DNA of 64,000 nt from Candidatus Falkowbacteria bacterium (GCA_037440105.1 JBBIUS010000001.1:28945-92944); one strand, 5' to 3'; positions 24,148 to 34,340 are shown, numbered from the stretch's first letter. Notes: generated by a model from the letters alone, not told the origin. Made by a program: numbers and translations.

Positions 24148-25692
24148 TTATTTACTTTTTCTTTTAATTTGATAAAAAATCTGCCAGATCATGATGCCGA
24201 CCATACCTAGCAAGAGTAAAATCCAAGCCGTAAGTCCTGCAGCAAAAATACTCTTCCCATAAGTTACCTGCCCACCGTAAGGTGCCATGGAAACCCAGTA
24301 ATCAAAAACATGCTCGCGCGCCACTAACCACAAAATTCCTAAACCAAATGTTAGTAAAAATATTAAGCTCTGAAAAACCCAAGCAATAACACGAGTCACT
24401 TTTAACTTTGTGAAAAACTGTAAAATGGTGCAAATAATGAAGATCGCGCCCCCCGGTGAAATTAAACCAATAACCAAGAAAATACTAAACATTACAAGAA
24501 AAATCAGTACGGCAGCGAGCGCATTTGGCCATTCAAATCTTTTTACTCCAACTGATTTATTATCAGAAGCGTCTCGAGGATAAAGATCGTAAGTCATTTC
24601 TGACGGCTGCATATAGCGCGTAAGCTTTGTCAGGTAATATTTTCTAGCCGCGGTCTTAATCCACGGCTCGCCATTTGATTCTACAGCTAATTTTTCAATA
24701 TCTTTTGATTTTACCCAATTTGCCCATTCAGTGTTAAAGCCGGGCAAATCTTTTTTGTGGTCAGAAAAAATATAAAGCATAATTCCGATGCTTGGTCGCC
24801 AATAAGGCCTTGGCGGGATAGGGTAAATTTCGGGAGGCATAGGCGGAACTGTCGCGCGGCAATCGGATGGACCGCAAACGCATTTGCCGCCAATACAGCA
24901 TGGCGTGTCTTGACCAACTACCTGGGTACAAAAAAGTCCAGCGCATTCATCATGGCTTGTGCAGTAAATTGGGGTTGCGATACTTTCTTCTACCTCGTTC
25001 CATTTCCCCCTTTTTGGCTCTGACAAGGACTCAGGCTGCTTAAAATATTCTGCCATGCCAGAAATTTTTAGGGGATAAATAATCTTTGATGAGGTGAACG
25101 TAAATTTTAAAGGCACAGCATGACCTTCACGCAATTGAGATTCAATTCCTTCAGTTAAAACTTTTGTATCAATTTTTACAGCTGTAAAAAACCATTTGTT
25201 ATTTATATAATCGTCTAACAAATATTTTCCTTCCTCTGGAAATTGATATTTATTTTCTTTTAGCCATTTTATCAGCGCTTCTGGGTCATCTGCTTCTAAA
25301 ACAGCAATATCATAATATTCAACTTTTTTTGTTTCAATAATCGTAACACCCTTTTCGGTTGTAGTTTCTTCCACCATTCCAACCGAAAGTGGCATGGGGC
25401 GAGAAATAAATTTTGGCTGAGTCAATTTTTCTAAAGCAGTAAAAATTTCATCGGTTGACTTTTCCACCTCTGGTCTTGACGGTGTCGGAATAACCCAACT
25501 AAAATCCTCGGCATCACCGCGAAAAGCAATAGAAAGCACTAATGTTTCAACATTTTTTTCATGAAAAATCACTGCCTTTTGATCTGTCTCGTACATCCAA
25601 TAATCTGGCGGCGGGAAAATAACACCATCAGCCTTTGCTATAATCGGCGTAATCAACAAAATTAAACTGACCAATAAAAAGAGTTTTTTCAT
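24148..25692 (-). CDS. Secreted/membrane protein with DUF2330-like N-domain, Cys-rich insert, Pro-rich linker and C-terminal multi-TM region
   Basis: Signal peptide, then DGVIFPPP...ETDQKAVIFHEKNVETLVLSIAFRG...FSWVIPTPS.PEV....IF.AL..LT.P. Next comes CTSHDECAGLFCTQVVGQDTPCCIGGKCVCGPSDC, followed by 4-5 TM helices. The DUF2330 call is from memory. Confidence 0.7.
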   Translation of the reverse strand: MKKLFLLVSLILLITPIIAKADGVIFPPPDYWMYETDQKAVIFHEKNVETLVLSIAFRGDAEDFSWVIPTPSRPEVEKSTDEIFTALEKLTQPKFISRPMPLSVGMVEETTTEKGVTIIETKKVEYYDIAVLEADDPEALIKWLKENKYQFPEEGKYLLDDYINNKWFFTAVKIDTKVLTEGIESQLREGHAVPLKFTFTSSKIIYPLKISGMAEYFKQPESLSEPKRGKWNEVEESIATPIYCTSHDECAGLFCTQVVGQDTPCCIGGKCVCGPSDCRATVPPMPPEIYPIPPRPYWRPSIGIMLYIFSDHKKDLPGFNTEWANWVKSKDIEKLAVESNGEPWIKTAARKYYLTKLTRYMQPSEMTYDLYPRDASDNKSVGVKRFEWPNALAAVLIFLVMFSIFLVIGLISPGGAIFIICTILQFFTKLKVTRVIAWVFQSLIFLLTFGLGILWLVAREHVFDYWVSMAPYGGQVTYGKSIFAAGLTAWILLLLGMVGIMIWQIFYQIKRKSK

Positions 25693-25704
25693 GTTTTTGC
25701 ATCT

Positions 25705-25764
25705 CGTATTTGGTATTTAGTATTTAAAAATTTATACCAGATACCAGATACTATAACTAGATAC
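25705..25764. repeat. Word-hairpin spacer (TATTTGGTA / TACCAGATA words)
   Basis: cgtatttggtatttagtattt / aaaaattt / ataccagataccagatactataactagatac, between the lon stop and the start of the 24148-25692 gene. Confidence 0.65.
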
Positions 25765-28133
25765 TATTTTATACTATTTTTCCCTAGCGCCACTTTTAAC
25801 ACCTCATCCATATGCTCCACAAAAACAAACTTCAAATCTTTTCGCACATTTTTTGGGATATCTTCTAAATCTTTTTCATTGTCTTTTGGCAAAATTACTG
25901 TTTTAATTTCTGCACGATGGGCAGCTAAAACCTTTTCCTTGACCCCGCCAATTTCAAGAACTCGACCACGCAGAGTAATTTCGCCAGTCATGCCAACATC
26001 CTTTTTAACCGGTCGCCCAGTTAATACTGAAACAATAGCAGTTGCTATAGCAATACCGGCCGAAGGGCCGTCCTTTGGAATCGCCCCAGCTGGCACATGA
26101 ACATGCAAATCAGATTCTTTATAAAATTTTTCTTTGATGCCCAAAGTTTTTGCTTTTGCTCTGGCATAAGAAAAAGCAGCTTGAGCAGATTCCTGCATTA
26201 CTTTTCCAAGATGGCCGGTCATAATCAAAAGTCCTTTGCCAGGCATTTTAGTTGCTTCAATTAAAAGTATTTCTCCGCCGACCTGTGTCCAGGCAAGGCC
26301 AGTGGCAACACCGACTTCATCCCTTTTTTCGGCCATAGTTAAGCGATATTTTACTGGCCCTAAAAATTGATGAAGATCGGAAATGCCAATTTTATAAATT
26401 CTTTTATCCCCTTCTTCAGCAACTCGCCGAGCTACTTTTCGACAGATGGTAGCAATGCTCCGTTCTAATTCCCTGACGCCCGCTTCGCGCGTATACTCTC
26501 TAATGACCGCCCGAACAGCCGGCTCGGTAATAACTAATTTTTTTTCACTCAAACCATTATTTTTTAGCTGCTTTGGAATCAAAAATTTCAAAGCAATGTG
26601 AAATTTTTCTTCTTCTATATAACCAGGAAACTCAATCACTTCCATCCGATCCCGCAAAGCTGGCGGCACAGTATCTAAAATGTTCGCCGTGGTAATAAAC
26701 ATAACATCCGAAAGATCAAAAGGCACCTCTAAATAATGGTCTGAAAAAGCATAATTTTGCTCTGGATCCAAGGCCTCAAGAAGAGCGGCTGAAGGATCGC
26801 CGCGAAAATCTGCTCCAACTTTATCAATTTCATCGAGCATGAAGACAGGATTTTTTGTTCCAACGGTATTAATCCCTTGGATAATCCGACCGGGCAGAGC
26901 GCCAACATAAGTCCGCCGGTGCCCTCTAATTTCTGCTTCATCGCGAATCCCGCCAAGTGACATGCGAAAAAATTTTCGCCCTAAAGCCCGAGCAATAGAT
27001 TTACCGATCGAGGTTTTGCCTGTCCCTGGGGGTCCAACAAAACACAAAATAGGACCTTTAATTTTTCCTACCAATTTTTGTACTGCCAAATATTCCAGCA
27101 CCCTTTCTTTTGCTTTTTCTAAACCGTAGTGGTCTTCATCAAGAATCTTTTTTGCTTTACGAATGTCGACTTTCTCTTTAGTCTTTTTCGCCCATGGTAA
27201 AGAAATAAGCCAATCAAGGTAGGTTCTAATCCAACTAATCTCTGGGCTAAAGGAAGGCATCTTCTCTAATCGACCAAGCTCTTTTAGAGCCTGACTTTTG
27301 ACCTCTTTTGGCATGCCTGCTTTTTCAATTTTGTCTTTTAATTCTTCAATCTCTGTTCTGCCGCCAACAATCCCTAACTCTTTTTCAATAGATTTAAGCT
27401 GTTCTCTTAAAAAAACCTCCTTCTCCATTTTTCCTAACTCTTTGCCGGTTTCAACTTGAATTTTTTGCGCCATCTTTAAAACTTTAATTTGCCTGCCAAG
27501 CGCTTCGCCTACTTTTTGCAGTTTATCTTCAAGGCTGGTTGCTTCTAAAATTTTTTGTTTTTCTTCAACTTTAAAATCTAAATTTAGAGTAATCAAATCT
27601 GCCAGACTCCATGCGTCGCCAATATTTCGAGTATTTAAAATGATAAAAAGTACATCAAAAGGCACCGTCGTCCCTAAATTTATACATTCCTTAAATTGAT
27701 TAATAACACTGTACATCAATGCTTCGATGCGTTCAGTTTTGACAGGTTTTGGTTCGAGAAATGGTTCTGCTTTCACTCTCACAAATGCTTCGGTCTGCAT
27801 AAATCTAACAATTTTCACGCGCATTAGACCTTCAATTAAAATTCTAACTGAGCCATCTGGTTGCTTTACAACTTCTTTAACTTTTGAAACAACGCCGACA
27901 GAATAAACACCCTCTGGAATTTTTATTTTCTCTTCTTCCTCTCTTTTCTGAGTGACGAATACGGCTAAACGGTCATGATGCATAGCATAATCAAGGGCTT
28001 TCAAAGATTGCTGACGTTGGATAACCAAATGAATTGCAATGCGCGGAAAAACAACTACATCCCTTAAAACAATTAAAGGTAAATCTTTTTTAAATTTACC
28101 GCCAAAAAAACCAAACATTTTTTCTTCGTTCAT
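25764..28133 (-). CDS. lon: ATP-dependent Lon protease
   Basis: LON N-domain, Walker [10 protein letters not shown], catalytic Ser in [10 protein letters not shown], 789 aa. Confidence 0.97.
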   Translation of the reverse strand: MNEEKMFGFFGGKFKKDLPLIVLRDVVVFPRIAIHLVIQRQQSLKALDYAMHHDRLAVFVTQKREEEEKIKIPEGVYSVGVVSKVKEVVKQPDGSVRILIEGLMRVKIVRFMQTEAFVRVKAEPFLEPKPVKTERIEALMYSVINQFKECINLGTTVPFDVLFIILNTRNIGDAWSLADLITLNLDFKVEEKQKILEATSLEDKLQKVGEALGRQIKVLKMAQKIQVETGKELGKMEKEVFLREQLKSIEKELGIVGGRTEIEELKDKIEKAGMPKEVKSQALKELGRLEKMPSFSPEISWIRTYLDWLISLPWAKKTKEKVDIRKAKKILDEDHYGLEKAKERVLEYLAVQKLVGKIKGPILCFVGPPGTGKTSIGKSIARALGRKFFRMSLGGIRDEAEIRGHRRTYVGALPGRIIQGINTVGTKNPVFMLDEIDKVGADFRGDPSAALLEALDPEQNYAFSDHYLEVPFDLSDVMFITTANILDTVPPALRDRMEVIEFPGYIEEEKFHIALKFLIPKQLKNNGLSEKKLVITEPAVRAVIREYTREAGVRELERSIATICRKVARRVAEEGDKRIYKIGISDLHQFLGPVKYRLTMAEKRDEVGVATGLAWTQVGGEILLIEATKMPGKGLLIMTGHLGKVMQESAQAAFSYARAKAKTLGIKEKFYKESDLHVHVPAGAIPKDGPSAGIAIATAIVSVLTGRPVKKDVGMTGEITLRGRVLEIGGVKEKVLAAHRAEIKTVILPKDNEKDLEDIPKNVRKDLKFVFVEHMDEVLKVALGKNSIK

Positions 28134-28144
28134 AGATTGGAAAT

Positions 28145-28227
28145 GAATTATGAATCAAGAATCAAGAATCATGGATTCAAGAATATTTAATCTCTATTCC
28201 ATAATTCATAATTCATACCTCATAATT
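28145..28227. repeat. Word-hairpin spacer, family A, copy 3
   Basis: gaattatgaatcaagaatcaagaatcatgg ... ccataattcataattcatacctcataattc, immediately upstream of the lon start. Confidence 0.7.
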
Positions 28228-28524
28228 CTACTTCAATGGCAGCGCCTGCTGTTCGCCTAAAAGTTTTTTCGCCACTTGTCTCCCTTTAATCGTTAACTTT
28301 ATTTCTTTAATAAACCATTTATGCGGCGTTCTTACCCCATACCCAATTAATAATTCTTCGTCAATCAATCGTTCAAGAGATTTTGTGATTATCTTAACCT
28401 GATCTTCAGTTTTCGGCTTTTTCTTCTGCTTATCATAAAATTTTAATAATTTGTCACGATTAAATTTACCTTTTTCTTCATGACTAGAAAGCAAAATATA
28501 TTTCTGCAAATTAGATAACTTCAT
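28228..28524 (-). CDS. Small basic protein, probable winged-helix DNA-binding fold
   Basis: 98 aa from ATG 28524: MKLSNLQKYILLSS...ITKSLERLIDEELLIGYG. The fold call rests only on sequence pattern. Confidence 0.55.
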   Translation of the reverse strand: MKLSNLQKYILLSSHEEKGKFNRDKLLKFYDKQKKKPKTEDQVKIITKSLERLIDEELLIGYGVRTPHKWFIKEIKLTIKGRQVAKKLLGEQQALPLK

Positions 28525-28817
28525 AAATTTATGATAACAAAAAAATATCGTTTTGTAAATAAAAAAACGCCGATCTCTGAAAACAAAGTTCGACAACTAA
28601 AAATAATTAAAATAACCACTAAAACTTATTAAAAAATTACTCGGGCTAATTAAAGGCCTTGTTCTCATTTTTGGACGGCCGCACAAAAGTGAGGAAAGAA
28701 TTTTACAAAATCCGCAAAATTAAAAAATGTATTATCTTCGCCAAATTCACTATAAAACTAGATTTAAAAACCGCAACTCACAAAATACCAGTATCTTTAA
28801 GCGGTTCAACAATCTGT

Positions 28818-30212
28818 TTAACTATCTTGAACCTTAATATGGACTTCATTTAGCTGCTTAGATGGAAGCTCTGAAGGGGCGCCCATCATAAGATCTCTGG
28901 CATCAGAAGTTTTAGGGAAAGCAATGACTTCGCGGATATTTGGTTCGCCCGCCAAAATCATTAATAACCGATCAAACCCTAGAGCAATTCCGCCATGAGG
29001 CGGGGTACCGTAAGTAAAAGCCTCAAGCATGTGACCAAATCGCGCCTCCACCTCTTCTTTTTTCAAACCAAGAATCTCAAAAATCTTTGTCTGCAAAGCA
29101 CAATCATGAATTCTGATGCTCCCGCCGCCAATCTCATAACCATTTAAAACAAGGTCATAAGCATAGGCTCTAACATCAAGAGGTTTTTTTTCTAAATTTT
29201 TGATGTCATCTTTGTTAGGCATGGTAAAAGGATGATGCGCAGAAACTAACTTTTTTTCTACCTCTGACCACTCGAAAAGCGGGAAATCAATCACCCAACA
29301 AAAAGCTAATTCGTTCTGATCATTTTTATCCCTCCGCAAATCCGGCTTATCAGTTTTATATTTTTCCATTACTTCTTTATATTTTAGAACCGGGAAAGGT
29401 ATTTTTTGAATTTTCTTCTCCGGTGCAATGGCCTTTATCAAGTGAATCATCAATTCTTCTATTAACTTCATCACATCTTCTTGTTCAACAAAAGACATCT
29501 CTACATCAATTTGAGTAAATTCAGGCTGACGATCGCCACGCTGGTCTTCATCACGAAAACACCTAGCGATTTGAAAATATTTCTCTAGACCAGCAGCCAT
29601 TAACAATTGTTTAAACTGTTGGGGCGATTGCGGCAAAACATAAAATTTTCCTGGATAAAGTCTTGATGGAATAATGTACTCTCTTGCTCCTTCTGGCGTG
29701 CCTTTTGTAATATAAGGTGTTTCAACTTCAACAAAATCGTGGCCATAAAAAAATTTCCTTGTTTCGCCAGACACCTTGCTACGTAATAAAATATTTTCTT
29801 TCATCCGCTCACTCCGCAAATCTAAATAACGATATTTCATACGTAGTTCTTCGCTGATATTGCGCGTATCTTTATCAATCTCAAAAGGTAAAGTTTTGGC
29901 CTCATTTAAAATTTCTAATTTTTTCGCCTCAATTTCAACTGCCCCAGTAACAAGCTTTGGATTAATCATTTTTTCCGGCCTTGGTTTCACCGTGCCCAAT
30001 ATTGCCACAACAAACTCTGGCCGCAATTTATCGGCCATAGCCATAAATTCTTTATCTTTTGAAGCAAAGACCACTTGAATCAACCCAGTCCTATCGCGCA
30101 AATCAATAAAAATGATTTTGCCCATATCGCGGCGAACATGAACCCAACCCTTGAGGAGCACATCCTCGCCTATTTTGTTAGCAGTGTCTTTAATTAAAGT
30201 ACGTGCCATCAT
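28818..30212 (-). CDS. aspS: Aspartate--tRNA ligase, bacterial type but lacking the GAD insertion domain
   Basis: OB N-domain, FRDEDQRGDRQPEFTQID, GGIALGFDRL, bacterial-type tail IAFPKTSDARDLMMGAPSE. Only 464 aa: DKPDLR runs almost directly into WVIDFPLFEW. Confidence 0.93.
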   Translation of the reverse strand: MMARTLIKDTANKIGEDVLLKGWVHVRRDMGKIIFIDLRDRTGLIQVVFASKDKEFMAMADKLRPEFVVAILGTVKPRPEKMINPKLVTGAVEIEAKKLEILNEAKTLPFEIDKDTRNISEELRMKYRYLDLRSERMKENILLRSKVSGETRKFFYGHDFVEVETPYITKGTPEGAREYIIPSRLYPGKFYVLPQSPQQFKQLLMAAGLEKYFQIARCFRDEDQRGDRQPEFTQIDVEMSFVEQEDVMKLIEELMIHLIKAIAPEKKIQKIPFPVLKYKEVMEKYKTDKPDLRRDKNDQNELAFCWVIDFPLFEWSEVEKKLVSAHHPFTMPNKDDIKNLEKKPLDVRAYAYDLVLNGYEIGGGSIRIHDCALQTKIFEILGLKKEEVEARFGHMLEAFTYGTPPHGGIALGFDRLLMILAGEPNIREVIAFPKTSDARDLMMGAPSELPSKQLNEVHIKVQDS

Positions 30213-30220
30213 AAAAATTA

Positions 30221-30288
30221 ATCATGAATTATGAATCATAAATCAGGATTATCCAAAATTCCTAATTCATAATTCCTAATTCCTAATT
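30221..30288. repeat. Word-hairpin spacer, family A, copy 4
   Basis: atcatgaattatgaatcataaatcagg ... cctaattcataattcctaattcctaattc, between the asnS stop and the aspS start. Confidence 0.7.
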
Positions 30289-31578
30289 CTACGGTCTCAA
30301 CCGGTTAATCATTCTCGGGAAAGGAATCGTCTCTCTGACATGATGAACGCCACAAATCCAGCCGACAAGTCGTTCAAGACCATAGCCAAAACCGGAATGT
30401 GGTACTGAACCGTATCTTCTTAAATCTAAATACCATTCAAAATCTTGAAGAGGTAATTTTTCTTCTTTGATCCGTCTCAACAAAATCTCATAATCGTCCT
30501 CTCTTTCTGAACCGCCGATTATTTCTCCGTGCCCCTCCGGAGCAATTAAATCAGAGCCCAAAACCAAATCAGGGTTTTTCGGATCGCATTTCATATAAAA
30601 TGCCTTGATTTTCTTTGGCCACTTTTCTACGAAAATTGGTACATCAGAGTCTTGCGTCAATAAAGTCTCATCATCTGCACCCAAGTCATCTCCGTCTTTA
30701 ATGTTTGAACCCAGGGCTTTTAGTTTTTTAATCGCTTCATGATAAGTCATCCGACCAAACGGTTTATTGGCTTTTTCAAGTTTACCAATGTCGCGCTGCA
30801 AAATTTCTAATTCTTTTTTATTTTTTTCTAAAACTTCTTTAATAATGTAACGCATTAAATCTTCTTGAATCTTCATATTTTCTTCATGACCAACGAAAGC
30901 TGTTTCCGCATCCATCATCCAAAATTCGGTTAAATGGCGCCTGGTTTTTGATTTTTCGGCTCGAAAAACCGGACCAAAATCAAAACAACGCCCAAAACTA
31001 AAGACAGCCGCTTCAAGATAAAGTTGGCCGCTTTGTGAAAGATAAGCCTTACCCAAATCAAAATAGGGTACTTCAAACAATGTCGTTGTTCCCTCGCAAG
31101 AGGTTGGCGTCAAAATCGGCGTGTCAATTTTAATATAGCCGTTTTGATTAAAATAATTGAAAGTTGCATTAATGATTGAATTTCTTATTCGCTGGATTGC
31201 CCATTGTTTTGGAGAACGAAGCCAAAGATGCCGATTGTCTAACAAAAAATCAGGCCCGTGTTCTTTCTTTCCGATCGGATAATCTTTAGCAATTTGAACA
31301 AACTCTAAATTCTTAACTTGCAATTCATATTCTTCTTTTTTCGGATGTTTGCTTACTGTGCCAAAAATTTTTACTGAGGTCTCTATCGCAATTTTTTGAC
31401 ATGCCTGCCAAACTTCTGTTGCCACTTGATCTTTAGAAACAATTGCCTGAATAAATCCTGTTCCATCGCGCACTTGCAAAAAATAAATACTGCCTGATGA
31501 ACGCAGATTATAAACCCAGCCGCAAATGGCGACTTCCTTGCCTAAATATTTCCCAATATCTTTAAGTAGGATGTTCAT
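30289..31578 (-). CDS. asnS: Asparagine--tRNA ligase
   Basis: 429 aa class IIb enzyme: OB N-domain, FRAEKS.TRRHL.EFWM, GFGYGLERL, tail IPFPRMINRLRP. Confidence 0.88.
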   Translation of the reverse strand: MNILLKDIGKYLGKEVAICGWVYNLRSSGSIYFLQVRDGTGFIQAIVSKDQVATEVWQACQKIAIETSVKIFGTVSKHPKKEEYELQVKNLEFVQIAKDYPIGKKEHGPDFLLDNRHLWLRSPKQWAIQRIRNSIINATFNYFNQNGYIKIDTPILTPTSCEGTTTLFEVPYFDLGKAYLSQSGQLYLEAAVFSFGRCFDFGPVFRAEKSKTRRHLTEFWMMDAETAFVGHEENMKIQEDLMRYIIKEVLEKNKKELEILQRDIGKLEKANKPFGRMTYHEAIKKLKALGSNIKDGDDLGADDETLLTQDSDVPIFVEKWPKKIKAFYMKCDPKNPDLVLGSDLIAPEGHGEIIGGSEREDDYEILLRRIKEEKLPLQDFEWYLDLRRYGSVPHSGFGYGLERLVGWICGVHHVRETIPFPRMINRLRP

Positions 31579-31770
31579 AATTTTAATAATTATAGTTTAT
31601 TTTATTATTTTAGACAAATCCAAACCAAACCATGGCAAGAATTAAAAAAGTAAAAAATACCTTCTTTTGCCGTCCCTAGATAAAGGAACTGTTGACAAAT
31701 TATAGTTTTTTTGTAACTATAAAAGATTAACTGGCTCTTTAAAAAATAAAGAAATATAAGGAGGATAAAG

Positions 31771-32844
31771 ATGGAAAAAATAGGCTTAATCCCAAAAGAC
31801 TGCCGAGTTTTCCAACTCATGATTTGTGATAAAAAGCCTCTTTTCATCGCCCTGCAGGAGGGAAAATTTTTCGTTGTATACGGTACTGAAAAAGGAAAAC
31901 GATACGATGGTATTGAATCACTCTCTTTTGCCGACGGAAAACCGCTTTATATTGCCAAACGAGTAAACAGTAGTTTTATTGTTTACGGGGAAGAAGAAGG
32001 TAAAAAATACGAAGGAATCTGGTCTCTTTCTTTCTTTAACGGCAAACCAGCCTATGTTGCAAAACAAGGCACCAGCTGGTTTATAGTCTACGGGGAAGAA
32101 AAAGGGCCAAGGTGTGAAGGTATTTATTACTTCTCTCTCATTGACGGCAAACCGCTTTATGCAGCTATTCTCCGAGAAAAATGGTTTGTTGTTTACGAAG
32201 GAAAAACAGGGGCTCCCTATGACAGGATAGAATCTCTTTCTTTGGCAGCAGGCAAACCGCTCTACATTGCAAAAAAAGGACAAGGTTGGCACATTGTTTA
32301 CGGAAAAGAAGAAAGTCCTGCCCAAGAGGGAATTATTCTATATCCTTCATTAATAGGCGGAGAACTGCTTTATGCGCTCAAATTGAAAAATAACAAATGG
32401 TTTGTTGTCCACGGCAATAAAGGAGGAAAAGCTTATGACAACATTACAAAGCTTTCCTCTGCCGAGGGCAAACCGCTTTATGTCGCCAAACAAGATGGCC
32501 AACAGTTTGTTGTCTGGGGCGATGAAGAAGGGAAGAAATACAATGACATTGGAAATCTTCTTTTTGCCGACGGAAAACCGCTTTACACAGCCATACGCGA
32601 CGGAAAATGCTTTATTGTCCATGGTAACAAAGAAAAACGAAGACATGAGCACATCCGCGAATTCTTCTTAGCAAACGAAATGCCTCTTTATGTCGCTAGA
32701 AAAAAGAAAAAATGGTTCGTTGTTTTTGGGGGAAAAAAGAGCAAAAAGTTCGAGGAAGTTTTTGACCTCAAATTTGATCCAGATTCTAAACAGGCTATCT
32801 TCGGCGGACGAAATGGTCGGAAACTTTACTTAGTAACTATCTAG
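31771..32844 (+). CDS. Cytoplasmic repeat protein, ~9 copies of a ~37-aa WG-like unit (GKPLY.AK....WF.VYG.E.G..Y..I..L)
   Basis: ORF track. Strong SD (AAGGAGG) 6 nt before the ATG, no signal peptide, own terminator. Confidence 0.85.
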   Translation: MEKIGLIPKDCRVFQLMICDKKPLFIALQEGKFFVVYGTEKGKRYDGIESLSFADGKPLYIAKRVNSSFIVYGEEEGKKYEGIWSLSFFNGKPAYVAKQGTSWFIVYGEEKGPRCEGIYYFSLIDGKPLYAAILREKWFVVYEGKTGAPYDRIESLSLAAGKPLYIAKKGQGWHIVYGKEESPAQEGIILYPSLIGGELLYALKLKNNKWFVVHGNKGGKAYDNITKLSSAEGKPLYVAKQDGQQFVVWGDEEGKKYNDIGNLLFADGKPLYTAIRDGKCFIVHGNKEKRRHEHIREFFLANEMPLYVARKKKKWFVVFGGKKSKKFEEVFDLKFDPDSKQAIFGGRNGRKLYLVTI

Positions 32845-32849
32845 GTCTA

Positions 32850-32884
32850 CCCGGCATTTGCAAAATAGCATGCCGGGTTTTTAT
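32850..32884 (+). terminator. Intrinsic terminator after the repeat-protein gene
   Basis: cccggcat-n12-atgccggg followed by TTTTT. Confidence 0.8.
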
Positions 32885-33028
32885 TTATTTCTTCGCCTAT
32901 TTTTAATAAAATTTATCAGAAAATTGACAAATTATAAAAAATAAATCAATATTTTAAAATACTCTTGTTTGTTCTTTCCAATTTAGATTCAGACTGTGCA
33001 TTAACACAAGCAAAACAGGAGGTGCGCC

Positions 33029-34234
33029 TTGAAAAAACAGGTTCTTACTGCTTATGGCCAAGTATTGATTGAGGTCAGGTCGCTTGAGGAATCCAAAATT
33101 TACGCAGTCCGCGAACGTTACCTTTTTCCGGCCGGAACAAAAACTCAAAATGGAGAAATTCTAAAGAAAACGTTCGTCATTCCGCGTGGCGCAATTCTTA
33201 TTCCTCATTGGAATGACTTTGAGGGAAAAAATAAAAAAAAATTCCACCATATCTTTCCAGCCGGCGTCTATGAAGCAATGCGATCAATCTCACATGCCCT
33301 TTTTGGGTATGGTCTCAAGGGCCACTTTGGAGAAACGCAATTTCTCCGAGATATCTCTGACCGGCTTGCTAAAGACCTTGCCATTTTAATGGAGGGAAAA
33401 GCAGTTCAAAGTCACAAACTTGCCGAAGTCCGTACAGACCTCGCGGAAATTGCCGAAGAACTCAGCCAATCAATAAACAAATTAAAATCTGAAGCCGCAG
33501 AAAAACTGCACATGGCTGCAACACTAAAAGTAAAACACCATTCAGGCAAGGAAAGTCAGAATATTCCAGCAACTTGCCAGCGCGTCTTTGCTGGCAAGCG
33601 GCGGATTGACAAACGTCGTGACCAAATCTGCCGAATCGGACCGCGAATAAATTTTTTTGGTGAAATAATCGCCCAAACAATAGGCCGCATCTTTGATGAG
33701 CTGACGTCGCTTCGCCAAATACTTCTTAGCGAGCGTCGCCAAATCGAATGGGGTCTATCGCCTGAAGTCAAACGCATTCTTTGCCGACGGATTGATCTTG
33801 CCTTGGAACGAATTTTGCCGCGGCTCGATGTCTTGCCATTCTTAAAAACAGCTGATCTAATCCACCGCGACCTCACTTTAGCTAAACAAGCAAAAGGAAA
33901 AAAATTTGCTCTAGAAGCAATCGATCGAATTCTTGCCTCAATCCGTCTCAAAGAAGCGCAACGGGCTTTTGAAAATTTAATTATCTTGCCTCTCGCTATA
34001 AAAGATAATATGGACATCATAGAGCAAACCGACCTCAGCCACACTAAACAACGTCTCCAAAACTTTATGTATCGCTTCGAGCAAGAAATCGATGACACTG
34101 GATTCATTCAACCGGTCAAAAAGCGTGTTTTAAATGAACTTAGTATTATCTTAAAGGAGGAATTTGAGGCGAAGGCCAAAATTGATACTGACTCATTAAA
34201 AGAGCGCCTTAAAATGGTTTCGCGCATGCTCTAA
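33029..34234 (+). CDS. Hypothetical 401-aa protein: small beta-rich N-domain plus a long helical, Arg/Leu/Glu-rich region; no family recognised
   Basis: TTG start 7 nt after AGGAGG, locally higher GC, own terminator. The antisense Arg-rich ORF at 33556-34107 is treated as a shadow. Confidence 0.75.
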   Translation: MKKQVLTAYGQVLIEVRSLEESKIYAVRERYLFPAGTKTQNGEILKKTFVIPRGAILIPHWNDFEGKNKKKFHHIFPAGVYEAMRSISHALFGYGLKGHFGETQFLRDISDRLAKDLAILMEGKAVQSHKLAEVRTDLAEIAEELSQSINKLKSEAAEKLHMAATLKVKHHSGKESQNIPATCQRVFAGKRRIDKRRDQICRIGPRINFFGEIIAQTIGRIFDELTSLRQILLSERRQIEWGLSPEVKRILCRRIDLALERILPRLDVLPFLKTADLIHRDLTLAKQAKGKKFALEAIDRILASIRLKEAQRAFENLIILPLAIKDNMDIIEQTDLSHTKQRLQNFMYRFEQEIDDTGFIQPVKKRVLNELSIILKEEFEAKAKIDTDSLKERLKMVSRML

Positions 34235-34241
34235 CTAAACT

Positions 34242-34278
34242 GCGGCTAATTTTATTAGGTAAATTAGCCGCGTTTTTA
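34242..34278 (+). terminator. Intrinsic terminator after the 401-aa gene
   Basis: gcggctaattt-n8-aaattagccgc followed by GTTTTT. Confidence 0.8.
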
Positions 34279-34340
34279 TTTACAAAATTCATTTTTAATT
34301 TCTTAAAATCTACCTCTAATTCTATCTAGGGCGTTATTTA

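Noticed and set aside
24711-25023. Three overlapping 61-88-aa ORFs on both strands
   Set aside because: They arise because the Cys/Pro-rich block of the 24148-25692 gene is locally GC-rich and so depleted in stop codons. All are internal to that gene.
31605-31847. 80-aa minus-strand ORF in the asnS / repeat-protein divergent region
   Set aside because: It overlaps the start of the plus-strand repeat-protein gene, has no SD, and gives a hydrophobic, AT-driven low-complexity translation.
31771-32844. Diversity-generating retroelement target (repeat protein), or template/variable repeat pairs here and in the IPT-repeat protein
   Set aside because: No reverse transcriptase is present in the window. 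I saw no pair of near-identical nucleotide repeats differing mainly at adenines. The repeats are divergent at the DNA level.
33556-34107. 183-aa Arg-rich antisense ORF (plus other short ORFs at 33186-33742)
   Set aside because: This is a shadow of the plus-strand 401-aa gene. It has no SD and an extreme Arg/Ser composition, typical of the antisense strand of a Leu/Glu/Arg-rich helical protein. The sense gene has a strong SD and a terminator.
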